DNA from: an uncultured Gammaproteobacteria bacterium
Lineage (GTDB): Bacteria; Patescibacteriota; Microgenomatia; UBA10105; UBA927
DNA length: 64,000 bases
Assembly (NCBI GenBank): GCA_964394685.1
Contig: CAYMYO010000001.1
Coordinates: 14-64,013 of the forward strand
Direction: 5' to 3'
Below, one piece after another: positions 28,415 through 37,024 of the stretch; within the stretch, counting starts at the first letter, position 1, and each line of letters starts with the position of its first letter. The notes beneath the pieces were generated by a model. The model saw nothing but the letters and a program-made list of their open reading frames with translations, was not told where the DNA came from and ran no database searches. A program made the translations under genes and the position numbers.

Positions 28415-29530
28415 ATGAAGATACTATTTGTCATCATCATGGGTGTGTTCTTGGTTCTCGTTCCGGCTTCTCGGATATATAGTCAAGATATCGAAACGTT
28501 ACGAGCAAAGATTGTTGAACTGCAAGGACAAGAAAATTCTCTTTCCAAAGAAATTAGTATTATCAATTCAAACATTGAGTTATCTACGTTAAAAATACAG
28601 ACAATTCGATCAGCAATAGGAAAGTTATCAATCGAAATTGATGAACTTGCCGGTGAAATTGAACGGCTAGAAGGATTATTAACCAAGCGATTGGAATTAG
28701 TCATATATAGAATACCTGAATCGTATAAACGAAGTGTGGCACCGAATTTTGGAATTGTATTTTTAAGCAGTAACATTTCAGATTTTATCTCTCGAGTTAA
28801 ATATGTGAGTCGCGTTCAACAAGAGGATGCACAACTTTTGTTTCAGCTCAAATCCACGCAAAATAATTATTCCGAACGGAAAGTGCTCCGTGAGAAAAAA
28901 CGTGCGCAACAAGAAGCGTTAAAAAAACAGTTAGAACAAGAAAGTGCCGCATTGGATAGGCAAAAAAAAGAAAAGGAAAACTTTTTATCGCAAACAAAAA
29001 ATAGCGAAGCGGTGTATCAACAGTTATTAGCTCAGGCGCTAGCTGAGCGGCAAGCTATTGAAGCAGCGCTGGTAAATTCAGTAAAAGTCGGGCCGATAAA
29101 GAAAGGGGATCCGATTGCCTTGGTCGGAAATACCGGGTATCCGGGATGTTCAACTGGGGCGCATTTACACTTTGAAATTCGAAAAGGTGGAACGTGGGTC
29201 AATGCAGAAGATTTTCTGAAAGCACGAGATGTTATTGATCAACAAAATGGGGGCAATCGTACTATTGGAACCGGTTCTTGGGATTGGCCGCTTGACGGGT
29301 CAATAATAGTTACCCAAAGGTACGGACAAACTCCATGGTCATGGTGGTATAAATATAGCGGCGGTATTCATACGGGTGTAGATATGGTAAGCAGTTCTAC
29401 AACAGTGATTCGTGCTCCGCAAGATGGGACAATGTACTCATCAAGTCAGTCATGCGGAGGAAGTATTATTAAAATAAAATATATAGAACATAATGATGGA
29501 ATAATAAGTTTTTATTTGCATGTACAGTAA
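28415..29530 (+). CDS. secreted coiled-coil plus M23 peptidoglycan endopeptidase (EnvC/PcsB-like FtsEX partner), circularly permuted
   Basis: Signal peptide, long coiled coil, STGAHLHFE before HTGVD and terminal YLH. Confidence 0.85.
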   Translation: MKILFVIIMGVFLVLVPASRIYSQDIETLRAKIVELQGQENSLSKEISIINSNIELSTLKIQTIRSAIGKLSIEIDELAGEIERLEGLLTKRLELVIYRIPESYKRSVAPNFGIVFLSSNISDFISRVKYVSRVQQEDAQLLFQLKSTQNNYSERKVLREKKRAQQEALKKQLEQESAALDRQKKEKENFLSQTKNSEAVYQQLLAQALAERQAIEAALVNSVKVGPIKKGDPIALVGNTGYPGCSTGAHLHFEIRKGGTWVNAEDFLKARDVIDQQNGGNRTIGTGSWDWPLDGSIIVTQRYGQTPWSWWYKYSGGIHTGVDMVSSSTTVIRAPQDGTMYSSSQSCGGSIIKIKYIEHNDGIISFYLHVQ

Positions 29531-29545
29531 TGTACATGATTATCT

Positions 29546-30304
29546 ATGTCTGCCCGAGTACCAACCATTGTTGGAATAACGGTTTTACTTTTTTGTCTTC
29601 CTGGTTCAGTTTTTTCAGCAAGAGGCGTAGCAATCACGAGCGATAAGACATCTCTTTTTGGTGATGAAGAATGTCATATCACCGCGTCAACATCCGGATT
29701 TACTGATGGAGAAACCATTTATATAAAGGGCGCATTTTATCAGGAAAGTCCAACGAAAAATTATTTTGGTTATACAAAAAGTGGAGGTGAATGGATAAAA
29801 AATAGCGCGACAAATATAAGTCAAAGATCAATAAAAATAGGGGAATGGGATGGAACGATGATTGTGAAAAGTGATTTTAGTGACAGCGGATATAAAGGAG
29901 AAGGGGAATACGTTTTCAAAGTTGGATTTTATTATGGAAGTTATTCTTCTGTGAATTGGTCATCAAATTCAGTAATTATTTTATTAAATGAACCGGATCC
30001 GACTCCTACGAATACTCCGGTTCCTACAAATACGCCGACAAATACACCTGTGCCGACAGCGACCAGTACTCCTATTCCCACAAAAACTCCGACTCCTACA
30101 TTTACTCCAACTCTGAAGGCTACTCCTACAATTGAGATATTTCCAACAATAATTCCTAGTCTTGCGGCGGAAATATTAGGCGTTCAAGATAATAAAACAC
30201 CAAATAACAAGCCGTATGTTATCGCGCTTCTGTTTATTTCTATCGGTTGTGCGCTCCTTGCGGCTGTGTTTGTCATAAAATATCGTCTATACTTAAAGAA
30301 ATGA
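29546..30304 (+). CDS. secreted surface protein with Pro/Thr-rich linker and C-terminal TM anchor
   Basis: Signal peptide, beta-rich domain, [10 protein letters not shown] repeats, TM with basic tail. Confidence 0.8.
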   Translation: MSARVPTIVGITVLLFCLPGSVFSARGVAITSDKTSLFGDEECHITASTSGFTDGETIYIKGAFYQESPTKNYFGYTKSGGEWIKNSATNISQRSIKIGEWDGTMIVKSDFSDSGYKGEGEYVFKVGFYYGSYSSVNWSSNSVIILLNEPDPTPTNTPVPTNTPTNTPVPTATSTPIPTKTPTPTFTPTLKATPTIEIFPTIIPSLAAEILGVQDNKTPNNKPYVIALLFISIGCALLAAVFVIKYRLYLKK

Positions 30305-30708
30305 AATATATTCGATTTTGGCTACCGGCCGTGTTGTGGATGGCGGTGATATTTGCATTTTCATCACGTCAAAAAGTTACGTTTACCGATTCGCATGTTA
30401 TCAGCTTTGTATTTTTTAAAACATTACATCTTGTTGAATACTTTGTGTTATATGTAGTGACCTATCGGGCAGTACGAAATACAAGTAAGAATAAATACAG
30501 GGCGTGGATTATCGCATTTATCATAACAAGCGTATATGCAATTATTGATGAAATCCATCAGCGGTACGTTCCAACTCGAGAAGGGAAGCTGCGTGATGTT
30601 ATAATTGACATGTTTGCAGGAGGACTTGCATGGGTAACACTCAAACAATTACTACCAACAATGCCAAAGAAACTCAAGAGGTGGGCGAGAGACTGGCATC
30701 TGATGTAA
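30301..30708 (+). CDS. VanZ-like family protein
   Basis: WMAVIFAFSS, K..H..EY, YAIIDEIHQ.YVPTR.G...DV..D. Confidence 0.88.
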   Translation: MKYIRFWLPAVLWMAVIFAFSSRQKVTFTDSHVISFVFFKTLHLVEYFVLYVVTYRAVRNTSKNKYRAWIIAFIITSVYAIIDEIHQRYVPTREGKLRDVIIDMFAGGLAWVTLKQLLPTMPKKLKRWARDWHLM

Positions 30709-31070
30709 TAAAAAAATCGCTTCCTCGAATTTGTTGTTTATATGGGGAACTTGGAGCAGGGAAGACGGTATTTGCCCAAGGGTTTGCAAAAGGATTAGGA
30801 CTCCCCTCCCGTTTGGTCTCCCCTACGTTTATTATTATGAAACGGTATAGTATTCCAGGAAAAACAGATTTCTTTTACCATATAGATCTGTATCGATTAC
30901 AAGAAGAGGCACAGATTGCTAAGTTAGGTTTAGAAGAAATTTTTCAAGATCCATTTGCAATTACAGTTATTGAATGGGCAGATAGATTAGGTGTTCATTT
31001 ACCCAAATTGCGAGTTGATATTCATTTTAAGATAACAAACGACGGAGAAAGGGTAATCACGTATGCATGA
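30630..31070 (+). CDS. tsaE: t6A biosynthesis ATPase TsaE
   Basis: GELGAGKT, SPTF, HIDLYRL, IEWAD. Confidence 0.95.
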   Translation: MGNTQTITTNNAKETQEVGERLASDVIKKSLPRICCLYGELGAGKTVFAQGFAKGLGLPSRLVSPTFIIMKRYSIPGKTDFFYHIDLYRLQEEAQIAKLGLEEIFQDPFAITVIEWADRLGVHLPKLRVDIHFKITNDGERVITYA

Positions 31071-31635
31071 TTTATTAGTTCAAGCTATAGATATTCTCAA
31101 TAACGGTGGAGTGATTATTTTTCCAACGGATACTGCGTTTGGGGTCGGTTGCAGGATAGACAATAGCAAAGCTATTGATAGAGTATTTCGTATACGAAAC
31201 CGCCCCAGGATACAGCCATTACCTATATTAGTGTCAAGTCAAGAGCAATCACTCGCCTATTTCATTCACCCATCCGATATTGTGCGACATCTTATGCAAA
31301 CCTATTGGCCGGGAGCGCTCACCATTGTTGATTATTGTAAAAAAAATATGGTGCTCTCCCCCATCCGTGGTGGCGGAGAAACCGTTGGATTGAGATGGCC
31401 CAATCATCCGGTTCCGCAAATGCTTATTGATGGTGCAGGGGTGCCTATTGTCGGACCGTCAGCAAATATTCATGGCCATCCTACTCCATTTACCTTTGCT
31501 TCTTTAGATCCGGTATTTTTACAATTAGTTGATTTTGTCATTCCGGGTGAATGTAAAGGTCAATTATCATCAACTGTTGTGGATTGTACGGTCAATCCGT
31601 ACAAAATTATCCGTCAAGGAGCGGTTGTGTTATGA
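31063..31635 (+). CDS. tsaC: threonylcarbamoyl-AMP synthase TsaC/YrdC (Sua5 family)
   Basis: FPTDTAFG, YWPGALT, PSANIHG, STVVD, RQG. Confidence 0.93.
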   Translation: MHDLLVQAIDILNNGGVIIFPTDTAFGVGCRIDNSKAIDRVFRIRNRPRIQPLPILVSSQEQSLAYFIHPSDIVRHLMQTYWPGALTIVDYCKKNMVLSPIRGGGETVGLRWPNHPVPQMLIDGAGVPIVGPSANIHGHPTPFTFASLDPVFLQLVDFVIPGECKGQLSSTVVDCTVNPYKIIRQGAVVL

Positions 31636-31961
31636 AACTTATTATTGATACGCGAAGCAACGAAGAAACAATCATAGCCTTTGTTGTGGATGGAAAAAGG
31701 ATGGAAGAATCACTCCAAACAAATCACGCACACTCACAGGCGGTGTTACCTCTCATCGAAAAACTGCTTGCGAAAAAACACCTGTCTCTGAATGATATTA
31801 CGCAAATAGAAGTTTCTGTTGACACAGGCTCCTACACCGGCCGTCGCGTCGGTGCAGCTATCGCGCAAACGCTCAGCCAGCTTCTTCACGTTCCTGTTAA
31901 CGGACAGGAAGCATCTGTTCCGATAGATATTGCCTATGAAAAAGACAAGTGGAGTAAGTGA
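31632..31961 (+). CDS. tsaB: truncated TsaB (N-terminal lobe only)
   Basis: LIIDT, HSQ.VLP.IE.LL, GSYTG.RVG; only 109 aa. Confidence 0.8.
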   Translation: MKLIIDTRSNEETIIAFVVDGKRMEESLQTNHAHSQAVLPLIEKLLAKKHLSLNDITQIEVSVDTGSYTGRRVGAAIAQTLSQLLHVPVNGQEASVPIDIAYEKDKWSK

Positions 31962-31984
31962 TTTTGTGTGTTACAATAAGGGAT

Positions 31985-32119
31985 ATGAAAAGAATGACTT
32001 CGTATCTGCTCAGACAATACAAAAAAATGTCCGGGGATAAGAAGATCCGGATTGCGATGAAATTGTCAAAACTCGTCCGTGATGTAAGGAGATGCGGTAT
32101 GCAAGTCACCGGAGCCTAA
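31985..32119 (+). CDS. 44-aa basic helical protein, putative antitoxin partner of the downstream nucleotidyltransferase
   Basis: Below the ORF-track cutoff: MKRMTSYLLRQYKKMSGDKKIRIAMKLSKLVRDVRRCGMQVTGA*; TGtTACAAT 7 nt before ATG; 5 nt from the next gene. Confidence 0.6.
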   Translation: MKRMTSYLLRQYKKMSGDKKIRIAMKLSKLVRDVRRCGMQVTGA

Positions 32120-32124
32120 TTGAT

Positions 32125-32703
32125 ATGGAAGCTGAGGAATCACTTCTCATTACACTTGCAGAATTCTTTCATGCCCATGCTATTCCGTATATGATTACCG
32201 GCGCATGGAGCGTTATTTTCTATGGAAGACCCAGGGCGTCTCATGATATTGATTTTGTCGTTGATCTATTTCCGAAAGATGTCCAGAGGACGGTTCAGGC
32301 TCTCGCGTCACTTCCCAGTGAGTTTACAGTATATCCGGAGTCAGTCAGGGAAGGAATTGAACAAAGAAATATTTTTCAGATTTATCATAAACCGACGATA
32401 ATGAAAATCGACGTGTGGCTTTTGACAAATGATCCGTTCGACCAAGTGAGATTTAAACGGAAAAAATACGTGAACATCATTGGGAAAAATGTGTCTATTG
32501 CGTCAGCCGAAGACACCATTCTTCAAAAGCTTAGGTGGTACAAAGAAGCAAAAATTGAAAAACACATTATTGATGCCGCATTTGTGTATCAGATTCAAGG
32601 GAAACGACTGGACAAAAGATATATTACGGCGTGGGCGAAAAAACTTGGTATCACAAGATACATCAATAAATTGGGATCAATAAATCTTGAGCAATACCTC
32701 TGA
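32125..32703 (+). CDS. nucleotidyltransferase (DUF6036/AbiEii/MenT-like)
   Basis: YMITGAWS..FYGRPRASHDIDF, EDTILQKL, K...D. Confidence 0.78.
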   Translation: MEAEESLLITLAEFFHAHAIPYMITGAWSVIFYGRPRASHDIDFVVDLFPKDVQRTVQALASLPSEFTVYPESVREGIEQRNIFQIYHKPTIMKIDVWLLTNDPFDQVRFKRKKYVNIIGKNVSIASAEDTILQKLRWYKEAKIEKHIIDAAFVYQIQGKRLDKRYITAWAKKLGITRYINKLGSINLEQYL

Positions 32704-32740
32704 TAATTTCATCGTCTACTCCTATAGAGCTGGTTTTTTG

Positions 32741-32788
32741 TCACCGGTACAGATAGATATTCCCTACGGGAAAGATAAGTGGAGATAA
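32741..32788 (+). pseudogene. displaced tsaB 3'-end fragment
   Basis: Reads SPVQIDIPYGKDKWR* versus tsaB ASVPIDIAYEKDKWSK*; 28/33 nt identical (32752-32784 vs 31922-31954). Confidence 0.8.
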
Positions 32789-32811
32789 AAGCTGTAACTA
32801 TACCCTATAGT

Positions 32812-32840
32812 TTGACATAGATGGTATTATATGCTAGCAT
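32812..32840 (+). promoter_or_regulatory. sigma70-type promoter
   Basis: TTGACA-17 nt-TAGCAT with extended TG. Confidence 0.6.
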
Positions 32841-32952
32841 ACTCCCACTAAATAAAACAGATTTAGGCTTATTTGCAGCCTAATTTTTGTTCATTTAGAC
32901 ACTTTTATTCTTGCACGTTTACAAGTTGCGGTTATATACACGCTTTATATTT

Positions 32953-33002
32953 GGTGAGCAGTGTTAAAGAGATCTCTATAGGTCTTTTTGACGCTGCTTA
33001 CC
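32953..33002 (+). ncRNA. 22-bp RNA hairpin with several G-U pairs in a long putative leader
   Basis: GGTGAGCAGTGTTAAAGAGATC / GGTCTTTTTGACGCTGCTTACC pair fully only if G-U is allowed on the plus strand. Confidence 0.45.
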
Positions 33003-33066
33003 AGTGGTTTGGTTGGTAAGACAGATAATCCAAATTTTCTAATCTACGATCAAAGGAGTGTGTAAA

Positions 33067-33543
33067 ATGGCGAAGAAATTACTCGGTGGGGCAAAGGCTC
33101 TTAATAATCCCTGGAAGGGATATAAAGAGTCTCGAACGTGGGGGAAATGGTTTGTCATTCAGTGGCCGGATGTTCATCCGGATAGCCACTGCGAGGAGGG
33201 TCAGTATACTCCACATGACGAAAAACCAATGTGCATGAGATGTGGTTGGATCCCTCCTGAGGCTATTTGTTGCGGACATTGCATCGAGCTTCTGCGTAAC
33301 AAAGCGGAGCTCCACTTTCTCGCGAGCGAAGTGACCTGCAGTTCGTTCTCCAGTCTTCTGCTCACTGGGTACCAGGCTTATGTTGATCATCATCGTAAGC
33401 AACTTGTAGGACCTCCATTCTTTGAGGAAGTTAAAGAGTGGTGGAATGGGCTTCCAAGTGAGAAGAAGGATCGTTATATCAAGAAATACGACAAACCAGA
33501 TCTTTCTTCATTGCTCCGCTTGCTTGCGCAATTGATTGATTAA
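33067..33543 (+). CDS. hypothetical Cys/His-rich (putative Zn-binding) protein
   Basis: AAAGGAG Shine-Dalgarno 8 nt upstream; CMRC and CCGHC motifs. Confidence 0.65.
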   Translation: MAKKLLGGAKALNNPWKGYKESRTWGKWFVIQWPDVHPDSHCEEGQYTPHDEKPMCMRCGWIPPEAICCGHCIELLRNKAELHFLASEVTCSSFSSLLLTGYQAYVDHHRKQLVGPPFFEEVKEWWNGLPSEKKDRYIKKYDKPDLSSLLRLLAQLID

Positions 33544-33576
33544 CAATCCGTCTAACCGCAATACTAACGTGCAAAT

Positions 33577-33635
33577 ACACCCTCCGACCGATTTTTGGTC
33601 ATTCCGAAAGGAAAAATTGAGAGGGTGTTTTTGTT
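33577..33635 (+). terminator. branched terminator-like structure
   Basis: ACACCCTC...GAGGGTGT followed by a T tract, enclosing two small hairpins. Confidence 0.5.
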
Positions 33636-33694
33636 GAAAGGGTAATTTTGAACTTTAAGTGGTAATTTTTAATGCGAGTGGGTATGATAATTAT

Positions 33695-34552
33695 ATGCAG
33701 TATTTTTTGAGGCATTTTTTCTTACCGCACCATACAAATAATCACCGGGCGAAAGCGCTTCATATCGATTCTCTTTTGTGCTACGTTCTTTTATTTGCTG
33801 TATTTAACTTCGGAATTCGGATTATTCATCGTGAATTCCCGTCTGTTTTGGGCTACGCAACGGATATTCGTGTGGATGCGCTCCTGGCCTCAGCGAATGC
33901 CCAGCGCGTGAATTTGGGCCTTAACTCGCTGAAGCTGAATGCCGCGCTTTCTCAAGCAGCTTATGAAAAGGCAAAGGACATGTTTGCCAATGATTATTGG
34001 GCGCATAATAGTCCGCAAGGGAAAACTCCCTGGTCATTTATTGTTAATTCCGGGTATAGATATACGATAGCCGGAGAAAATCTTGCGAAAAATTTTGAAA
34101 CAAGCGGCGGCGTGGTATCAGCCTGGATAGCGTCACCAACTCATAGAGACAATATCGTGAAGCCTGGGTATCAGGATATTGGTTTTGCTGTCGTTAACGG
34201 CGTATTAAACGGTGAAGAAACGACGCTTGTTGTTCAAATGTTTGGTGCAGGAGGATCGCCGTTAGCAGAGAAACCACCTGTTAAAACAGTAATTCCCGAA
34301 GTTGCGTCTGCGGTAGTAGGATCAAATGTTTTTTCACAATCAACATTCAAGCCTATTTTTAATATTCCAACCATTACCCGTGATATCGCATTCATGTTTA
34401 TTGGTCTTATTGTGGGTGTGTTGATACTTGACGGTATTGTGGTGTCAAGAAAGAAAATTGTCCGCGTCGCGGGTCATAATATTGCTCACATTCTCTTTTT
34501 CCTAACGTTTTTTGTTGCTCTTACGATGGTGCAAAGAGGAGCTCTATTATGA
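33695..34552 (+). CDS. membrane-anchored CAP/SCP domain protein
   Basis: AA..KAKDM...YWAH, AGENLA, W..SPTHRDNI; flanking TMs. Confidence 0.9.
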   Translation: MQYFLRHFFLPHHTNNHRAKALHIDSLLCYVLLFAVFNFGIRIIHREFPSVLGYATDIRVDALLASANAQRVNLGLNSLKLNAALSQAAYEKAKDMFANDYWAHNSPQGKTPWSFIVNSGYRYTIAGENLAKNFETSGGVVSAWIASPTHRDNIVKPGYQDIGFAVVNGVLNGEETTLVVQMFGAGGSPLAEKPPVKTVIPEVASAVVGSNVFSQSTFKPIFNIPTITRDIAFMFIGLIVGVLILDGIVVSRKKIVRVAGHNIAHILFFLTFFVALTMVQRGALL

Positions 34553-34797
34553 AGTTAACATACGTCAATTTTATCGTTCTTGCAGTTATTCTGGCCTCAG
34601 GTATATTTACCTTTTGGGGAGCGCAAAATGATAAGACAATACAGCTATTTGTTGGAGTTGCAACAGCTGTCGCCTATGTACTTTGGGGAATGATTTACCA
34701 TGCGCTTGAAGGAGATTTACATGTGAAAGTTGTGATAGAATACAGTCTCGTTGGTGCGATAGCAATTATATTGCTTCTTACCATACTGTGGACATAA
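34549..34797 (+). CDS. small 3-TM membrane protein
   Basis: 82 aa hydrophobic ORF with overlapping start. Confidence 0.7.
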   Translation: MKLTYVNFIVLAVILASGIFTFWGAQNDKTIQLFVGVATAVAYVLWGMIYHALEGDLHVKVVIEYSLVGAIAIILLLTILWT

Positions 34798-34823
34798 AGT
34801 ACTTTTTTGAAAGGAGTTGTACT

Positions 34824-35567
34824 ATGCAGGGATTAATTATAGCTGGAGGACTCGCGACACGTCTCCAACCGCTAACATTGGTTACCAATAAACATCTTCT
34901 GCCTGTTTATAATAAGCCGATGATTTATTACCCTATTGAGGCAATGAAACAAGCGGGTATTAAAGAGGTATTGTTGACCTCAGGAGGAGAAGCTATATCT
35001 CAATTTGCTAATTTATTAAAATCCGGTGAAGACTTCGGCATGCGGTTGTATTATGGCGTACAGAAAAATCCAAAAGGAGGAATTGCAGATGCAATCGCCG
35101 TAGCTGAGGAGTTTACGCGTGATGAACCGCTGCTTCTTATTCTTGGAGATAATATTTTTCATTTTAATCTGAAAGCTTCAGTTGAACGGTTTCTTCAAGT
35201 GCAAAAGAAAGGTGCAAAGGTATTTGGTGTTAGACTTAAAAATTTAGCCAAGCAGTATGGGGTTATTGAAATGGATAAATCAGGAAAAGTTCTTTCCATT
35301 GAGGAAAAGCCGGAACATCCAAAATCTGATATTGCTCAAATTGGAATTTATATGTATGACAAACGGGTATTTGATTTTATTCGAAAGCTCAAACCGTCTT
35401 CGCGGGGTGAACTTGAAGTGACAGATCTTAATAATATGTATTTACGGGATGGAACACTCACCTGTGAAGTGATTGATTGGTGGGTAGATGCTGGAACTTC
35501 ATTTGATGAACTACTGAGAGCAAATATTCAGGTAGCAGAGCATGTTAAGAAAGGATCTTCGATATGA
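34824..35567 (+). CDS. rmlA: glucose-1-phosphate thymidylyltransferase (short form)
   Basis: AGGLATRL.PLT...NKHLLPVYNKPMI, EEKP, RGELEVTD. Confidence 0.92.
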   Translation: MQGLIIAGGLATRLQPLTLVTNKHLLPVYNKPMIYYPIEAMKQAGIKEVLLTSGGEAISQFANLLKSGEDFGMRLYYGVQKNPKGGIADAIAVAEEFTRDEPLLLILGDNIFHFNLKASVERFLQVQKKGAKVFGVRLKNLAKQYGVIEMDKSGKVLSIEEKPEHPKSDIAQIGIYMYDKRVFDFIRKLKPSSRGELEVTDLNNMYLRDGTLTCEVIDWWVDAGTSFDELLRANIQVAEHVKKGSSI

Positions 35568-36037
35568 TCGACGGAGTCATGACGAAGACATTAACAAGAC
35601 ATCCTGATGAACGGGGGTATTTTGAGGAAATAATCCGTGTGACGGATGACTTTTTTAAAGAAGGATTCGGACAGTTGTCCCATTCATATATGGTTGCGGG
35701 CGTTGTGAAAGCATGGCATCTTCATACAACACAAATTGATTGGTGGTTTTGTGTGACAGGGAAAATAAAAGCAGCTCTTTATGATAAACGACCAGATTCT
35801 TCCACCTACAAAGAAACGAATGAATTTATTTTGGGAGATGCTCCGGATAGCATCGTTCTTAAAATTCCAGCTGGTATCGCGCACGGAATGAAAGTGCTTG
35901 AAGAACCGTGTCATTTTGTTTACGCAACGAGCAAAATTTATAATCCTGAGGAAGAAGGAAGAATTAGCTATGATGATACAGATATTGGATACGATTGGGT
36001 GCAAGGAATCCCAATCACAAATACAAAAATTACTTAA
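35564..36037 (+). CDS. rmlC: dTDP-4-dehydrorhamnose 3,5-epimerase family
   Basis: DERGYF.E, KAWH.H, IPAGIAHG; rml context. Confidence 0.88.
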   Translation: MIDGVMTKTLTRHPDERGYFEEIIRVTDDFFKEGFGQLSHSYMVAGVVKAWHLHTTQIDWWFCVTGKIKAALYDKRPDSSTYKETNEFILGDAPDSIVLKIPAGIAHGMKVLEEPCHFVYATSKIYNPEEEGRISYDDTDIGYDWVQGIPITNTKIT

Positions 36038-36040
36038 TCT

Positions 36041-37024
36041 ATGAAATTGCTTGTGACAGGCGGAGCTGGGTTTATTGGATCTAACTTTATTTTATATTGG
36101 CTTGGAAGCCACAAAGAAGATCAGATAGTAAATTTAGATAAGCTTACGTACGCTGGAAATCTTGAGAATCTCACAACTGTTGAGCATGATAAGCGCTATA
36201 CATTCATCCATGGTGACATTTGCAACCACGACGATGTAACCAAATCAATGCAAGGAGTGGATGTGATCGTTCATTTTGCGGCAGAAAGTCACGTCGACCG
36301 TTCAATATGTGAGGCTGCTCCATTTGTCTCAACAAACGTCGTTGGCACACACGTGTTACTTGAAGAAGCGATGAAACAAAAAGTAAAACGGTTCCATCAT
36401 GTGTCAACAGATGAAGTATTTGGATCATTGGAATTAGGATCAGAGCAAAAATTTAATGAGCATTCTGCCTATGATCCGCATAGTCCATATTCAGCAACAA
36501 AATCAGCCTCGGATCATTTAGTTCGTGCGTACTATCATACCTATGGACTTCCTATAACCATCACAAATTGTTCCAATAATTATGGTCCGTTTCAATTCCC
36601 GGAAAAATTTATTCCCCTTACAATAACGAATCTTATAGAAGGGAAGAAAATACCGTTATATGGTGATGGGTTAAATGTTCGGGATTGGCTATATGTAGAA
36701 GATCATTGTCGGGCCATTGATGCGGTTCTTCAAAAAGGCAGTATTGGGGAAACATATTGTATCGGCGGAGTTACAGAGGATATTAATAATCGAACAGTCA
36801 TTGATAAAATCCTGGCCTTTTTTGATACATCCGAATCAGAAATTGAGTATGTGAAAGATCGCCTTGGACACGACCGCAGATATGCTATTGACTGGTCAAA
36901 AATTCGTATTGAACTTGGTTGGAGTCCTGCGTATGATTTTGATGCAGGCTTAGAAAAAACAATTCTTTGGTATAAAGAACACGAATCATGGTGGAAAAAA
37001 TTAAAAACAAGGGGGAAACAATAA
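36041..37024 (+). CDS. rmlB: dTDP-glucose 4,6-dehydratase
   Basis: TGGAGFIG, DKLTYAGN, AAESHVDRS, STDEV, GHDRRY. Confidence 0.96.
   Translation: MKLLVTGGAGFIGSNFILYWLGSHKEDQIVNLDKLTYAGNLENLTTVEHDKRYTFIHGDICNHDDVTKSMQGVDVIVHFAAESHVDRSICEAAPFVSTNVVGTHVLLEEAMKQKVKRFHHVSTDEVFGSLELGSEQKFNEHSAYDPHSPYSATKSASDHLVRAYYHTYGLPITITNCSNNYGPFQFPEKFIPLTITNLIEGKKIPLYGDGLNVRDWLYVEDHCRAIDAVLQKGSIGETYCIGGVTEDINNRTVIDKILAFFDTSESEIEYVKDRLGHDRRYAIDWSKIRIELGWSPAYDFDAGLEKTILWYKEHESWWKKLKTRGKQ

Noticed and set aside
29990-30130. Tandem DNA repeats
   Set aside because: Degenerate codons for a Pro/Thr linker; protein-level low complexity only
33640-33665. Possible further tsaB tail (…FKW*)
   Set aside because: Only KW-stop matches; consistent with chance
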